From: Hemiscyllium ocellatum
Lineage: Eukaryota
Direction of reading: 5' to 3'
Assembly (NCBI RefSeq): GCF_020745735.1
Contig: NC_083412.1
Span: forward strand, 62,214,320-62,278,319
DNA length: 64,000 nucleotides
In this document: piece by piece, positions 38,552 to 52,083 of the stretch
How positions within the stretch are numbered: the first letter of the stretch is position 1
Layout of the letters: each line of letters opens with the position of its first letter
Position numbers and translations under genes: made by a program
Notes under the pieces: generated by a model
Database searches by the model: none
Told to the model about the DNA's origin: nothing
The model's input: the letters and a program-made list of their open reading frames with translations, nothing else

Positions 38552-39072
38552 GTGAGTATTTATTTAAATATTAAAACTATTTTTAATAGTTACTGTTATT
38601 AACATATTGTAATGTGACCGTCAGAATTGCTCTGCTTCGTTCACACCACTGTGAACGGTCAATGTGTGGTTACTTTAGTTGACCTCCATTATTGGTCATT
38701 CAGGTTTGTGAAAAGATACTGGTTTTATTTATTTCATAAATTTAATTTTTTTACGTGAGGGCACTGTACTGGAGACGATTCTGTAATGTGAGATACTGTT
38801 AAGGCATTGATATTTATACAAGTTTCAATTTGGACTTGGATGAGATGGCTGTGGTATACAGTAATTACTGGGAGTAAACTATTTATAAAGTATGGAACAC
38901 TCGGGGGGTGCTGGAAGATCTCCTAAACAACCACAGCAAATACCCAGTGGATTATACAGCTTTTGAATGAACCTTGAGTGCAACACACCTGGAACTTAAA
39001 GTAAATTTGAATGTCTCTATTTACGTTAAAGTAGACAAACACAGTAGGAATCACTTTGTAGTCTTGTGTCTT

Positions 39073-39200
39073 ATGATCTTATACTCCACAACCACCTGAT
39101 TAAGGAGCAGCACTCCGAAAGCGAGTGCTTTCCAATAAACCTGTTGGATTATAACCTGGTGTTGTGTATTTTTAAGTCCCATACTGGCGCCTCCAAATCA
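39073..39200 (+). mobile_element. PLE family C short repeat (hammerhead core mutated)
   Basis: CAC-CTGATTA-AGGAGCAGCACTCC-GAAA-GCGA-GTG at 39093-39127. Confidence 0.7.
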
Positions 39201-39399
39201 TTTGTAATCTTCATGTACGTGCAGAGATCTGTTCTGAATGTGCCTGATTTAAATGGTCGGGAGGGAGTAAATTCTACCTTATATTAACAAAGTTTTCAAA
39301 GTGTAGTTCTAGGTTGTTCTGGAGTAGTATTAATTCTGATGTGTGGTGATTGGGGCCAACTTTCCATAAATACTTTGCATTAATCTTCCCAGTACAAAT

Positions 39400-39815
39400 A
39401 GCATTCCAACATCATTAAATATTCAAGGGACAAAAGGAGGAGAGAGAATAAATACAATAACTACCACTAGAAGAAAAAGTGTTAGGAAAACCCATGGGAC
39501 TAAAGAGTGATAAGCATCCTGAATCTGACAGGATAGATCCTCAGATATTAAAGGAAATAGCTACAGAGATAGTGGATATATTTGATAGTAAATGTCCAGG
39601 AAATTTACATACTAGAGAAGTCCCAGAGGATTAGGAAACTGCCAATGTAGCATCTTTATCTAGAAAGGGAAGGAGTCAAAACCAGGTAACTGTAGGCCAG
39701 CTAGCTTAATGTCTGTTATTGTGAAAATGTTAGAATTTATTATGAAGGATGTGGTAACAGAGCATTTAGAAATGCACAAAATGATCAAGCAGAGTCAGCA
39801 TGGCTTCATGGAGAA
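39400..39815 (+). mobile_element. Old CR1 fragment (linker/RT start)
   Basis: EKVLGKPMGLKSDKHPESDRIDPQILKEIATEIVD...GNCRPASLMSV...SQHGFM. Confidence 0.8.
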
Positions 39816-41514
39816 ATAACTAGCTGCCTCTGTGGAGAAAAATAGATATTATTTCAGGTCAACATGGATGGAAGATTCTGATTAAAGGCCACAAATGGTA
39901 ACTCAGTTTCTCTTCCACAGTTGCTGTTTAACCTATTGAGAATTTCTGTTCTTTTCTCTTTTATTAGGACTTTATTAAATTTTAAGTTTTTTTTAAAGCA
40001 TTTACCTTATATTTATGTTTCTTGATCTAATGACTTGTAGACCAGTTCTGATCAATCATATACTAACAGTTCATTCTATCTCTCTGATTCTCCCTTACTC
40101 TTTTCCATTTCCACTGAAGTCTCAAATATAACCTCCACGATCCCTATTAACTTTTCATTGAACTGACAGTACATTTTTGGAACTGCTTTATTACTTTTCC
40201 TAAAGTAGGATGCTTGAAATTGCAACTGTCACAATTTTTGCCTAAAATGTCAAAATTTGTTTATACAATTTGAGAAAGAAATATTGAAATTGTCCAGTCA
40301 TTTCAAGAGTAGGAGAAGACCATCTGTTTATTTAAGTTCAAAGCAATTTAAAAAGGCAATTAAGAGCACGAGAGCTGAGAATTTAATGCAAGCTGTAAAG
40401 TCCTTTTATAAAATCTTAAAAGTTAAAGTAGAGAAAGAGTCCTATTGTAATTGAGCTTTCAAGGTTACCTCTGAAGGGAGACAGTTTTTGTGTATTCCTA
40501 AAGTGAGATGAGAGGAAAGAGAAGACAACTTACAAAATATTCTTATTTCACACACAGGTCCTAAAGTTTTAAAGCATTACTTGACCTATGCAAAATTAAT
40601 GCAACCCCTTGAGTTTCTGAAAATGAATCAATTATGTAAAGTAGAAAAATACACATTTACATGAATTGTTAATTTGCTAAGCACTTCAATTCCACATAGT
40701 CTGCAAGACTACTGCTATGATGCTTTTGACCATTTAAGCCCCATAAAAGTAAATTTAACTAGTTCCAGTGCAATACTTGCATTTGGTTTAGTTTATTTGA
40801 CAAAAAGAGATGGTAGCTTCTTATTAGTGTGGCAAACCTCACATTTTATTATCCTGTGTTGTAGTTTAACTAAAAATAAATGCTAACTTCTTTATTACTA
40901 TACAAAATAATAATGGGTTCTAAAGTCATAAAACTCTATTAAGGTGGTCTTACATGTATAGAAATTAACAATTCTTCAATTATGTATTTTGTGCCTCTGC
41001 TTTTGTATTTTTTAAAGTATTTCTAAAATTTTTGCTTTTCAGTATTGTCAAAGGAACAATATTATCTTAATTCCTCAGGTGAATTAACATTGTGCTGGTC
41101 TGTTGGATCAATCCTTGATGCAACCCTTTGTCTGAAAATTGCACCAATCTGAAGTGGCACGGCCCCAAAACAGGGGTGGGTTGAAGGATAATTTCTTCCT
41201 TTCGTTATTTGTTGCAAACATTACATAAAAGATTGTCCGTTTGCTACAGATAAGAAATAGACTTTGGGTTGAAAGAAGTCCTCCTATGTCCACATGTTGA
41301 TAATGGGATGAACCTTCATCTGTTGCCAAAGCCTTGCATGAACTTTCTCTGGAATATACAATCTAAGTCGATAGAATCTGCATTATCCGCTGTTTATCTT
41401 GTTATGGATTTTGTTGGACTGCATTTGACTTTGTACCATTTACAATTTTTTATGTATGTCCATTTAGATAAATACATTGTTATGATGCATTGAAAGTTTG
41501 TTGATTATATTTAG

Positions 41515-42320
41515 GGGGAGGTGAAGACCTTGCGGTATTATCAGAAGACTATTAACCCAAAGACCCCAGGTAATGTTTGCGATCCGGGTTTGACAGAAAG
41601 TGGCATTTGAATTCAGTAAAAGTCTGGATTCAAGTGTCTAATGATGACCATGAAACATTGTTGATTGTCAGAAAGGCCATCTGGTTCACTGATGTCCTTT
41701 AGGAAAGGAAGCCACCATTTTAGACCATTAGACATAGGGGTGGAAGTAAGGCCATTGGGCCCATCGAGTCCACTCCACTATTCAATCATGGCTGATGACA
41801 TTTCAATGCCACTTACCCACACTCTCCCCATAGCCCTTAATTCCTTGTGAGGTCAAGAATTTATCAATTGCTGTCTTGAAGACATTTAACATCCTGGCCT
41901 CTACTGCGCTCCATGGTGATGAATTCCACAGGCCCACCACTCTTGGGCTAAAGAAGTGTCTTCTCATTTCCATTCTAAATTGACCCCCTCTAATTCTAAG
42001 GTTGTGCCCACAGTTCCTAGTATTCCTGCCTAATGGAAAGAAATTCTCAGCATCCATCCTTTCTAAGCCTTGTATTATCTTGTAAGTTTCTGTTAGATCT
42101 CTCCTCAACCTTCGAAACTCTAATGATTGCAATCCCAGGATCCTCAGCCATTTATCGTATGTTAGGCCTACCATTCCAGGGATCATCTGTGTGAATCTCC
42201 GCTGGACAGTAATTTTACCTGATCTGGTGTACATGTGACTCAACAGCAATTTGGTTGAATCTTAACTGCCCTCAGGGATGGGCTATAAATGCCAGTGACA
42301 CCCACATTTTATGAAATGAT
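41515..42320 (+). mobile_element. Probable MetaSINE split by a CR1 insertion
   Basis: 5' part ends at ccatctggttcactgatgtcctttaggaaaggaa (~41710) and resumes at acctgatctgg..catgtgactc (~42217). Confidence 0.65.
41712..42208 (-). mobile_element. CR1 LINE 3' end
   Basis: VQRRFTQMIPGM...LEFRRLRRDL...RMEMRRHFFSPRVVGLWNS. Confidence 0.9.
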
Positions 42321-44294
42321 TCCAAACTAATATGGTATACATATGGAGAGGAAACCCTGTTACTAATGCACCCATATGCTGTATAAACTCATTCTAAATT
42401 AATTATGCCACATTTTAATAATAATCAAAATTTAATTGTGTTTATAGGAATTGTATTTTGTGGTTAAGTATTGATGAACTTTGTTTTTAAAATTTAGAAT
42501 CTGTGGCATGCCTTGATTAGATCTGTGTAAAATTAGCTGTTATTCTACATATTACTATATGTATTGACATTTGCTACATTGCTCCCCTGGAAATAATTTT
42601 ATTGATGGCTGAGAAGTAAGGCATTTTTATCTTCTAATAATTATTTTTTGTGTTGAGTACTGAAGAAGTGTCTGCCCAAGGATGTTCAATCCCTTATAGC
42701 TTTCAAAGCAGTCTCTGTTATTTCTAGGGGTTTGTCTTCCCTGATGGCTTTGGCATCCTGATTTTAGTTTGTTTTTAGGTGGATTTTCTGCTCCTGATGG
42801 CGTTGAGCTTGAAAATGAAAATTGCACTTAAGCACAGTTTGGCATATCTCAAATCCTTTGACCAGAATTCAATTTTGGACAGGGGGTTCATGATCTAGCT
42901 CCTGCCTCACCATCAGTTGAGATGTTTTGGTGACCAGGTAAGAACCACTTAAAAGCCTTAACCCACTACTGCATGAATTAACTCGGGCACAGTGTTCCCT
43001 TTGTCATCCTGCTTTTGGGTTGCTGTGGGCAGTTCGTCGCCTCTGGGAGGGGTCTTTTGATCAAAGACAATCATTGTCTGGTCAAAGGAGTGGAGGTCTG
43101 GCAAGGGACTGCTTGCTGAGCGTCACACTCAACTGTTGCTTCTGATCATTGCATGGTGAGTCCATGATTCAGTGGACCTTCCTTGAAAGTGATAGTGCAG
43201 GTTTCTTGCTGGCTTTCCAGGACCTTGTGAGTCTCCCAACACCTAGCAAGAGTCCATTCAATATTTCTGACTTTACTTTTGCATTTTTAAAAAAAGTCCC
43301 CCTTTCTTGAATGATGGTTTTGCTGGCTGGGCAATCATTTATTGCCCATCTCTGTCGCCTCTGCGAACGTGTTGGTGAGCTGCTTCTTGAACCACTGCAG
43401 TTCATTTGGAATAAGTAGATCCACAACGCTGTTAGATAGGAAGTTCTGGGAGTTTGACCCAGCAACTCTGAAGGAACGGCAATATATTTCCAAATTAGGG
43501 TAGTGAGCAGTGTTCCCACATATCTGCTGTCCTTGACTCTCTCGCTGATGGTGGTTTGGGAGGTTACTGTCAAAGGACTTTTCATGAATTTCAACAGTAC
43601 ATCTTGAGGTTGATACACCCTGCTACTACTATGTGTCGGTAGTGGATGGAATGAATGTTTGTGGATGTAATATCAACTGAATACAGCGTTGAGCTTCTTG
43701 AGAATTTTCAGAACAGTACACATCCAAGCAAGTGAGATTATTATATCATATTCCTGACTTGAACCTTGGAGATGGTGGTCAGATTGTGGGCCATCAGGGA
43801 GGAAGTTAGGCACCTCAGTATTTTGTTGTGATGCTGCTAGACTGAGATGATTGGCCTCCGATATCCACAGACTGATATGGCTCCAACCAATGCAATGTTT
43901 TCCCCAATTCCCATTGAATTTTGTTCTCCTAAGACTCATGATACTCTTGGTCAAAAGTTGCCTTGGTTTCAAAGATAATCGCAGTTGTCTAAATGAAGTA
44001 TGTAATAAGTTCTGCAATCAGGTAGTCCAGGCAGAACTCAAAATGAACTTGTTGCATAAGTGTGCTTGACAGCACTATCAATTTTAACATGTATTTCTTA
44101 ACTGATAATTGAGAGTAATCTGATTGTGTGATATTTGACTGGGTTGGATTTGCTAAGCTTTTTGTGGTCTGAGTGTGCATATGCAATTTACCACTTGAGT
44201 GGGTAGGCGCCATTGCTACAACTTGGCTAATAGTGAAAAAGGTTGTGGAGCTCAAGACTTCAGTTGTTGGTTATGCAGATAACCTCATTATATT

Positions 44295-44615
44295 CATTCT
44301 TGGATGTAGGTGTTGCTGGCTAGGCTAGCATTTATTCCTCATCCTTAATTGCCCAGATAGTAGTTAAGAATCAGATGTAGGCCACAACAGGTAAGGACAG
44401 CAGGTTCCTTCCCTAAAGGGCATTAATAAAACAAATACGTTTTTCCAACAATCAGCAATCAGTTCTTAATCATTATTAGACTGTTAAATTCCAGATTTTC
44501 TTTGGCAAATCATGGAATATGAATTTGACAAATGTGAGATTTGAACCTGAGTGTCCAGAACATCACATGGATATGTGGATTAATAGACAATAATACAACT
44601 GAGCAATCGTATGGT
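44295..44615 (-). mobile_element. Probable MetaSINE, degenerate
   Basis: Similar to the copy at 53600-53947. Confidence 0.55.
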
Positions 44616-45479
44616 GTCAACATGTTGGAGGGTGTCCTCCATGTGAAGCTGGGACTATCCTCAAGGACTGGTAATTATATTCCTTTGTTGTGTTTTTTTT
44701 AACACAGAATTATCAGTGTCATGCTGGATTGCTAAGTAGTGAAAGTTTAATATATTTGGAAATCTTGAATAGTTTTGCTGAACCGACAAACTTATTTTGT
44801 GCAGTTGCAGAGAACCTTATGTACACAATCCAAGCAATAACATGGCTGCTGTCATGTGGTACAATTCTGATGCTTCGTTCATTAGTATAGTAGCTGTTAA
44901 GTTTTAAAAATCATTCATGAGACATGGATGTCACAATATTTATTGCCTATCCCTAAATGCCCAGAGGGCAGTTGAGACTCATCCACATTGTTGTGCTTCT
45001 GGTTGCCTGGTCACCATTAGACTCTTAATCCAATATTTCCAGGATAAAATTATGTACACTATAAGTGGGATTATGTCTATGTTGTTTTTGAAAACTACAC
45101 AGAAACAAGAATTAAACAATTTGAATTTCATTATTAAGAATCTGTATAAGGTTTACAGGCAGTCCTTGGGTTGAGAACGGGTTACGTTCTTGATTCCATT
45201 TGCAAGTCAACTTTTAAGTCAATATAATAGAGGACAATATAAAGGAGTCATTCATCAGTACAGGAAATGTTCATATGTCAGTCTTTAAAAATACATCCCT
45301 GTATGGGATTGTGCTCATAAGCATCAGGGTTTATAAATTGGGTACTTCCTGTGATGGCTTGATAATCCTTCAGGATGGTATAACCTTCTTGGTATACCAA
45401 ATACACTGATATTGCACTCATTGTGTCTTCCATGGATGCACTTGAAGTGATCTTTTATCTATTTATTTATTCACTGAAT

Positions 45480-48400
45480 CTATTGTCATGTGTACTTTTA
45501 CAAGAAAAATAAAATGAAAAGTGTTATAAGTCACTCTACTGTGGTGCCTATATTAATGACAGAAGTCATAAGTAAATTCATAAATAACAATAATAGTAAA
45601 TTTAAGACATAAGTTAATCAAAATCTATTTAATGGTTCCTGGTCTCTGAGGAAGCTGATCAAAAGATTGTTGTCTGACAGTTGGAAATTTTGAAACGTCG
45701 TTGGTGACTTGGAGAAATTCCTTGCACATTCTCTTTGTCGTCTTGATGGCATTGTTGATCCCTGGCCAATACATGGTATCCTGTGGAAGGCAGTCTAAAT
45801 TGCTCCATGCCAGTATGTACCTGATATTGCTCTGATGATACTTCCTAGCAAAGAGCTTGATGCATTTAATTAAACCTTTTGAAATATCTAGTTCTATATG
45901 GCTAAAAATGTGTGTGTGACTGGCATCTCTTATATCATGTCACATCATCCTTCGATGTTAATTTTCCATTGTGATACAGTCGTGGATCATTATCTGCTTT
46001 CTGAAATTTGTTGACTTTAAGTACACCCTCCAATTTGATATCCATAATGTCTATTTGTAAATCTTGCGAAATTTCTGCATTCATATTTGGAGTTAGTAAT
46101 CTGCTCACTGTATCAAAAATAAGGATCTTTGTACCAAGTTTGTAACAGCCATGAAGTCTTGGCCCATACTTTTTTTTAAAGAGGTTGTTGCAGTCTAGTG
46201 TTGCACTTGTCAGTGGTTTGTATCAAATCATTTTCAGTGGTTTATGATCAGTTTCTGTTGTGAATTGCTTACCAGACTGGTATGGAAACGTATGATACCG
46301 ATTGCCAGAACAAGTGTTTCATGCTTTATGTTGGAATAATTTGGTTTTACATGTGGTAGACTATTCAATCTAGATTTGCTATTTTGACAATGCATGCTGT
46401 AATTTCTTTGAGATACATAACTTCCAGGATAGTCATCTTTTAGAGGTCAGAGAAGTGTAAGATGCAAGTTCTGCTGACAATGTTTCTTTCAGTGATTTGA
46501 GCATGTGCTGATTGTCCTGCTGCCATACACATAGTGTGTTTTCCTTAAGAGTTGTCTTAACAACTAAACTTTTTAGGGAAAGTTTGGTGGGCATGGCCTT
46601 GGAAGTTAAAAACAAGAGATATTTTGAGTTTTTTTTTGAGTAGCTATGTGATGTCCTGAACCTTTGCCTGGTTCAGGACAGTTACCATAACCTGAGTAGA
46701 TCTGGCCTACGTTCACCTGATAACTTCAACAAACAAAGTAAGTCCTTTATGGTGAATGACTATCATTATTGAGTGTAGATTTCCCTTTTTTAGTTTATCC
46801 ATCACGGCAATATCATCACCAATACAGACATTTCTAGGAATTTTTTTTATCATGCCATCCGTATGCTCTGGAAGAAATGTTGACTGACAGTCTGAAGGTT
46901 TGTCTCTGGAATGAATATGGTGTTTTAATAATGATTTCTTGAGGTTTCTTTGCAAAATGAACCAACCAATATCTGTGCATGACATCCAGTGTAGAAAGTA
47001 ACTTGGCTTTTGTGAATTTGGCATTCGGTTCTTCAAAGTTGGAATTTTGTTTGGGCATTGCTTTCTCTAAAGATGAAGATGCCTTCTGTTGGCTAGATTG
47101 TGCCATTTTCTTTAGCACTCCTGTAATTTAACTGCACCAGTCTGTACTGATGTACACATTGGATATTGTTTTAATGTTCCAGATTGTCCAACTCACTCGA
47201 GTTTTTTTTATCTCAGCCCTGTGCTTTCTAGAACGATTATTGCAATTGCATTTTTTTGAAGTGCACAATAGCATCGACTTTAACATTTCCTATGGCATGA
47301 ATGTATTGTTGCAAGATCTGACAAGCTCAATGCAATTATTTCTGTCCTGTTGTGCTGTATCTTCACAATGTTAAGTTCCATACACAATGATGGTCCTACT
47401 ATTGGTGATTCATTTGCGTCCATTAGATAGAATACTTATGATTTCCATGTGTGGTAACTGCACTGTACCAATGCATTCTGTGCAGTGACCCATTATATGT
47501 AGTCATTTTGCTGTTGTTGATTGTATAGTTGACTTCCAATAATCCATCTACATATCCTTAAATGCTGACTGTCTGGTGGGATGTTTTCATTAGCTCTCAA
47601 CTTTGAGAGCATACGTTCACCAATTTTCTTATACCGATATAGTGGCAAAAGCTTCAATATGTTTGACTTTGTCCATTTTCTTTTATTAGAGGTAGTTGCA
47701 ATTCTACCCACATACCCACAACTATGCAGTCTGATAGGCTGGGCCCGCATATCTTGCTTCTCCCTATCTGCCCTGAAGAAGGTAGTGGTGGGCTATCTAC
47801 TTGACCTGTTGCTGTCCTTTGTCTATAGGGACAATCACAGATGTTACGGTCAGTGTTCCAGTTCTTTGACCCTGCAACAGTGAAAGGAATGGTGATTATT
47901 GTTTCAAAGTAGGTTGTTGTGTGACTTGAAGGGGAACTTGCATAGTGATGTGCTTCTGGGATGAAATTGTTATATTCAGTATGTGGAAAGCATGTTTACC
48001 TTTCGCTCTGAGTCTTTACCTGATCAGTCTTGCTGCTAACCTTGTATATGTGTTTGCCTTTATTGCAGGTCTCCAGTGCACTCCCTGTTGTGGCTGCCAG
48101 TATGCTGCACATGCTTTTATTTGCTTGTACCCTACTGTAACCTATGGTAGTGCTTTTAGAATCAAAGTTTTTGGTTAGCTGAGACCAGTATCATTTTGAA
48201 CTATCTGACTTGAAAAGATCTTGGAACACAGCAGTTTTTCAGTGGGTGTAAAGCACGTAACCTGCTTTCGGCATCTTGGCTGCTAAGCCAGTACCAGTAA
48301 CTGTACCTAATGCTTGTGGATGATGATGTCTGGCTACACTGGCTTCCTTATTTTTGCCATCTTTTAGCAGTCTGTCAATATCATCTTCTCTCTCCAGTTA

Positions 48401-49270
48401 ACTTTGATGCTTACATGAAGAATTATGACCAGGTCCATTAGCTGCTTGGATAGCGCAACCTTTAAGAAATAGTCATCCTTGTCTCTGTCACAGCACCACT
48501 GACAGATGAATCAATTGATTCTTATAACTGTTGACTGCAAGACATCAGTTTTAGATGGTGAAATCTAATATTCACTTATACACAAAGCTGATCCTCCAGC
48601 ATTTCTCCCAGAAGGGGGTCTCAGGTAACCATCAGAGACTTGAAATGTTGACTCTAAAGCCTGTTGTTTTCAGTGGTGATCCTTATTTTTATCCCTGTTG
48701 CTTATCGGGTTTTGCAACAGCTAAATCTAAAAAGCAAAGGTCCTCCTTTTGCTTAAAAACACAAGTTCTGAAAGGATATCTAATGCTCTAATTCATGCTA
48801 GAAATTTGGTTGTCCCCTTCCTGATAATCCCTGTGTTTTACCAAAGTTAGAGATATTTGGGGATTTATAGTAGCAAGACTAAAAGCTTAATTTGTGTGAT
48901 GATTCAACAACTCAGCTGCTGTGCTTTTTTTTGTAGTATCTTTCCCTATACTGTTTTCACCTGTGGCTCAAGCATTTTTTGTTTTGTGCGCTTTCTGTTT
49001 TTGCACAGGAATAAAACCCCAAGGTTGCCTCAATGGCCCTGCAGCTTCTACAACTCAGCTTGGAACTGATTTGCTTCTACACAGACCACTGATGTGGCCA
49101 GTTCAAAATCAAGTATTCACTGTTTAAATAGTGACTTGCTTTCCTGGGGTCCTGGTGTAAATGTAATTTCAAGCCTTGCCTGAGTATTTTTCCTGTGGTC
49201 TTCAAGTTTTCATCGCTGTCTTCATTTTTTTGAGAAAGATCGCCACTGATCATCATGTCAATTCTTGTGT
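45480..49270 (-). mobile_element. Decayed Gypsy/Ty3 LTR retrotransposon (gag-pol remnants)
   Basis: RT motifs LSTLDVMHRYWLV (~46960-47000) and VCIGDDIAV (~46803-46830); RNase H GKQFTTETDHKPLKMI (~46228-46275); integrase zinc-finger remnant at ~45770-45830. Outer limits are approximate. Confidence 0.8.
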
Positions 49271-50325
49271 TTCTTAACACAGAATTGCTACAATTATATT
49301 GAATTGGTAAGTAGCATAGGTTCAGTTCATGAAAATCTCAAAATTAACTTTACGTAAACTGACAACTTGCATTACAGGATAACTTTTATATGCATCCTTA
49401 GTCTAGCGTGTTGCTCTTTGGATTCAAAGGTTATTAGTCATCTGGTGCTTGGTTCAGAAACGTACTCAGCTGTAAAGAATACGTTCTTGTGGTACAGTGA
49501 TAATATCCCTATTCTTGGGCCAGAAAGTTCTAATCCCATCTGTCCAGATTAGTGTTGCATCATGTCAAAACAGGTTGATTCAAATTATCTACTCAGCTGT
49601 TAAAGCAGCAATACATAAACTCCTACCAGTACTGTCAAAGATAAATGCATTTGTGACAGATTGATAAAGATGTGTTCAAGTAGACTTTCCTTTGTACTGG
49701 ATCTCTCACCTTCTGCCTCAGCATTTGGTAATGTTTTATTTAAGACTTGACTAGTTCAATCATTTATGATTCTGCTGGACCACTCTTGGTGATAGAGATT
49801 GAAATTCCCTCACCCATAGTACATTTTGTGGCCTTGCTACTGCAAGTGCCTTTTCCAAGTAGTGTTCACTGTGGATGAGTCCATATTCATTAGTTGAGGG
49901 AGTATGGTAGGTTTCAGCAGGAGATTTCCTAATCCACTTTTGATCTAAATCCTTGAAACTTAATGTAGTTAAGAATTGTGGCTGTGGATTTTCAGGGCCA
50001 CTCCATCCTGACTGTTGCTGCTCCTGTCAGTGGGACAGGACACTCTCTAAGGATGTTGATGTAGGAGTCTGGGAGATTGAGGGATTACTGTCAGGCTGTT
50101 GCTTGTCTAGCCTGTTGGGTAACTCTCCCAATTTTTAGCACATCCCCAAATTATGTTAAGGAGGACTTTGTAGGTTGACTGGGCAATGAGTACCTTTGTC
50201 ATATCTGATGCAAAATTCAAAATGAATGGTCAGTCCTGTTTTATTCCAAAACTTGGATCTGAATTCTTGTTGTTTGTTATTAGTCTGACCCTCTGGATTA
50301 CTAGTCTAGTTTACCAATAATTTAG

Positions 50326-50548
50326 TCTGCCCCCATCCAACTCCGGCCTATCACCCTCACCTTGACCTCCTTCCACCTATCGCATCTCCAATGCCCCTCC
50401 CCCAAGTCCCTCCTCCCTACCTTTTATCTTAGCCTGCTGGACGCACTTTCCTCATTCCTGAAGAAGGGCTTGTGCCTGAAACGTCGATTCTCCTGTTCCT
50501 TGGATGCTGCCTGACCTCCTGCGCTTTTCCAGCAACACATTTTCAGCG
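50326..50548 (+). mobile_element. PLE family A pseudo-LTR insertion with 15-bp TSD
   Basis: TTACCAATAATTTAG at 50311-50325 and 50549-50563. Confidence 0.88.
50454..50489 (+). ncRNA. Minimal type I hammerhead motif, core intact, sense to GTF2E1 intron 1
   Basis: AUUC-CUGAAGA-A-GGGC(UUGU)GCCU-GAAA-CGUC/GAUU; predicted cleavage after 50485. Confidence 0.7.
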
Positions 50549-50589
50549 TTACCAATAATTTAGCCAAGATGCTACCATCCCTTTAATAG

Positions 50590-50975
50590 CTATGACATAG
50601 TTGATAGCATTCTTGTCTCTAAGCCAGGAGCCAAAGTTCCATTCCAGTGCTTGAGCACAAAAATCAAAGCAGTGTCATTCCTTGGTGGGATATTAAACTG
50701 GGATGGAGTCGTCTTGCTTGTGTGGCATTATAAGAAATAAGCAGAAGAGACATAAATCTCCAGTACCCCTGGTCAGTTAATCAATATCTCTCAAATAGAT
50801 TATCTAGTCATTATCATCTGCTTTTAGTGGGAATATGCTATGTGCACATTGGTTGCCACATTTCCTACATTATACCAGTGATTTGTGTGTAGAGAGTACT
50901 TAATTATCTGTAAAGTACTTTGAGCTGTCCATTGGTCCTGAAAAGGGCTGTGTAAATGAAATTCTTCTTTTAATA
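50590..50975 (+). mobile_element. Degenerate DeuSINE (SacSINE1-like)
   Basis: gattatctagtcattatc...ttggttgccacatttcctacatt...gtaaagtactttgag...gggctgtgtaaatgaaattcttcttt. Confidence 0.55.
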
Positions 50976-51163
50976 CAGTCCATTTTTAATGTTGTCTTGC
51001 GTAGCATTGTTTCATTTGAACACCATTTATTCTTTGGAACCTGTTTTTCATTTTTGCAAAATGATTTTGTTTTAGTGCTATTTGCATGCTGTGTTTGCGT
51101 CCACAAATCAGAATCCAGTACTGTATCCTGTATCCCACACAGGCATACACTTCCGTCATGGTC

Positions 51164-51603
51164 CCTTGCCAGGGTTGGAGGATTTGAGCTACAGGGAGAG
51201 GCTGTTTTCCCTGGAGCTTCGGAGGCTGAGGGGCGACCTTACAGACGTTTACAAAATTATGAGGGGCATGGATAGGGTAAATGGGCAAAGTCTTTTCCCT
51301 GGGGTCAGGAGGTCCAGAACTAGAGGGCATAGGTTTAGGGTGAGAGGGAAAAGATATAAAAGAGACCTAAGGGGCAACTTTTTCACACAGAGGGTGGTAC
51401 GTGTATGGAATGAGTTGCCAGAGGATGTGGCGGAGGCTGGTACAATTGCAATATTTAAGGGACATTTGGATGAGTATATGAATAGGAAGGGTTTGGAGGG
51501 ATATGGGCTGGGTGCTGACAGGTGGGACTAGATTGGGTTGGGATATCTGGTCGGCATGGACGAGTTGGACCGAAGGGTCTGTTTCCACGCTGTACATCTC
51601 TAT
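51164..51603 (+). mobile_element. Young CR1/HER1 3' end (5'-truncated)
   Basis: LPGLEDLSYRERLFSLELRRLRGDL...RGNFFTQRVVRVWNELP; tail ggaccgaagggtctgtttccacgctgta, which is homologous to the HE1 tail. Confidence 0.93.
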
Positions 51604-51924
51604 AAGTAGTCTTGCCTCCTCCTTTGTCATGTTTCCTGGCTTGCTTGTGCTCTGGCTTTGGATATCAGCTTTGTTCTGTCTGTCAGGACCCATCATGCTT
51701 CATCTTCTTGGTACTGCTTTGCCCAGCCTTGCCTTCCTGACCTTTGTTTTTACTTTAGGCTTCAGGTCTGGTCTCCGTTTTGCTGCTGGTTTCACGCCCG
51801 GTGGTTGCCTCTTTCTTGAATTCAAAAATAAGACTCCATCTATTGGTATTGGTTAGTCACTGCAGGCAATCCCAGTGCCATCAGATGAAACCAGCTTCGT
51901 CCTAACAGTACTCATAGTCATTGG

Positions 51925-52083
51925 GAAGTACAGCACAGAAACAGACCCTTTGGTCCAACTCGTCCATGCTGCCCAGATATCCTAATCTAATCTAGTCCTA
52001 TTTGCCAGCACTTGGCCCGTATCCATCTAAACCCTTCCTATTCATATACCCGTCCAGATGCCTAATAAATGCTGCAATTGTAC
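51925..52083 (-). mobile_element. CR1/HER1 3' terminal fragment, inverted relative to 51164-51603
   Basis: Reverse complement of ~51440-51595. Confidence 0.88.
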
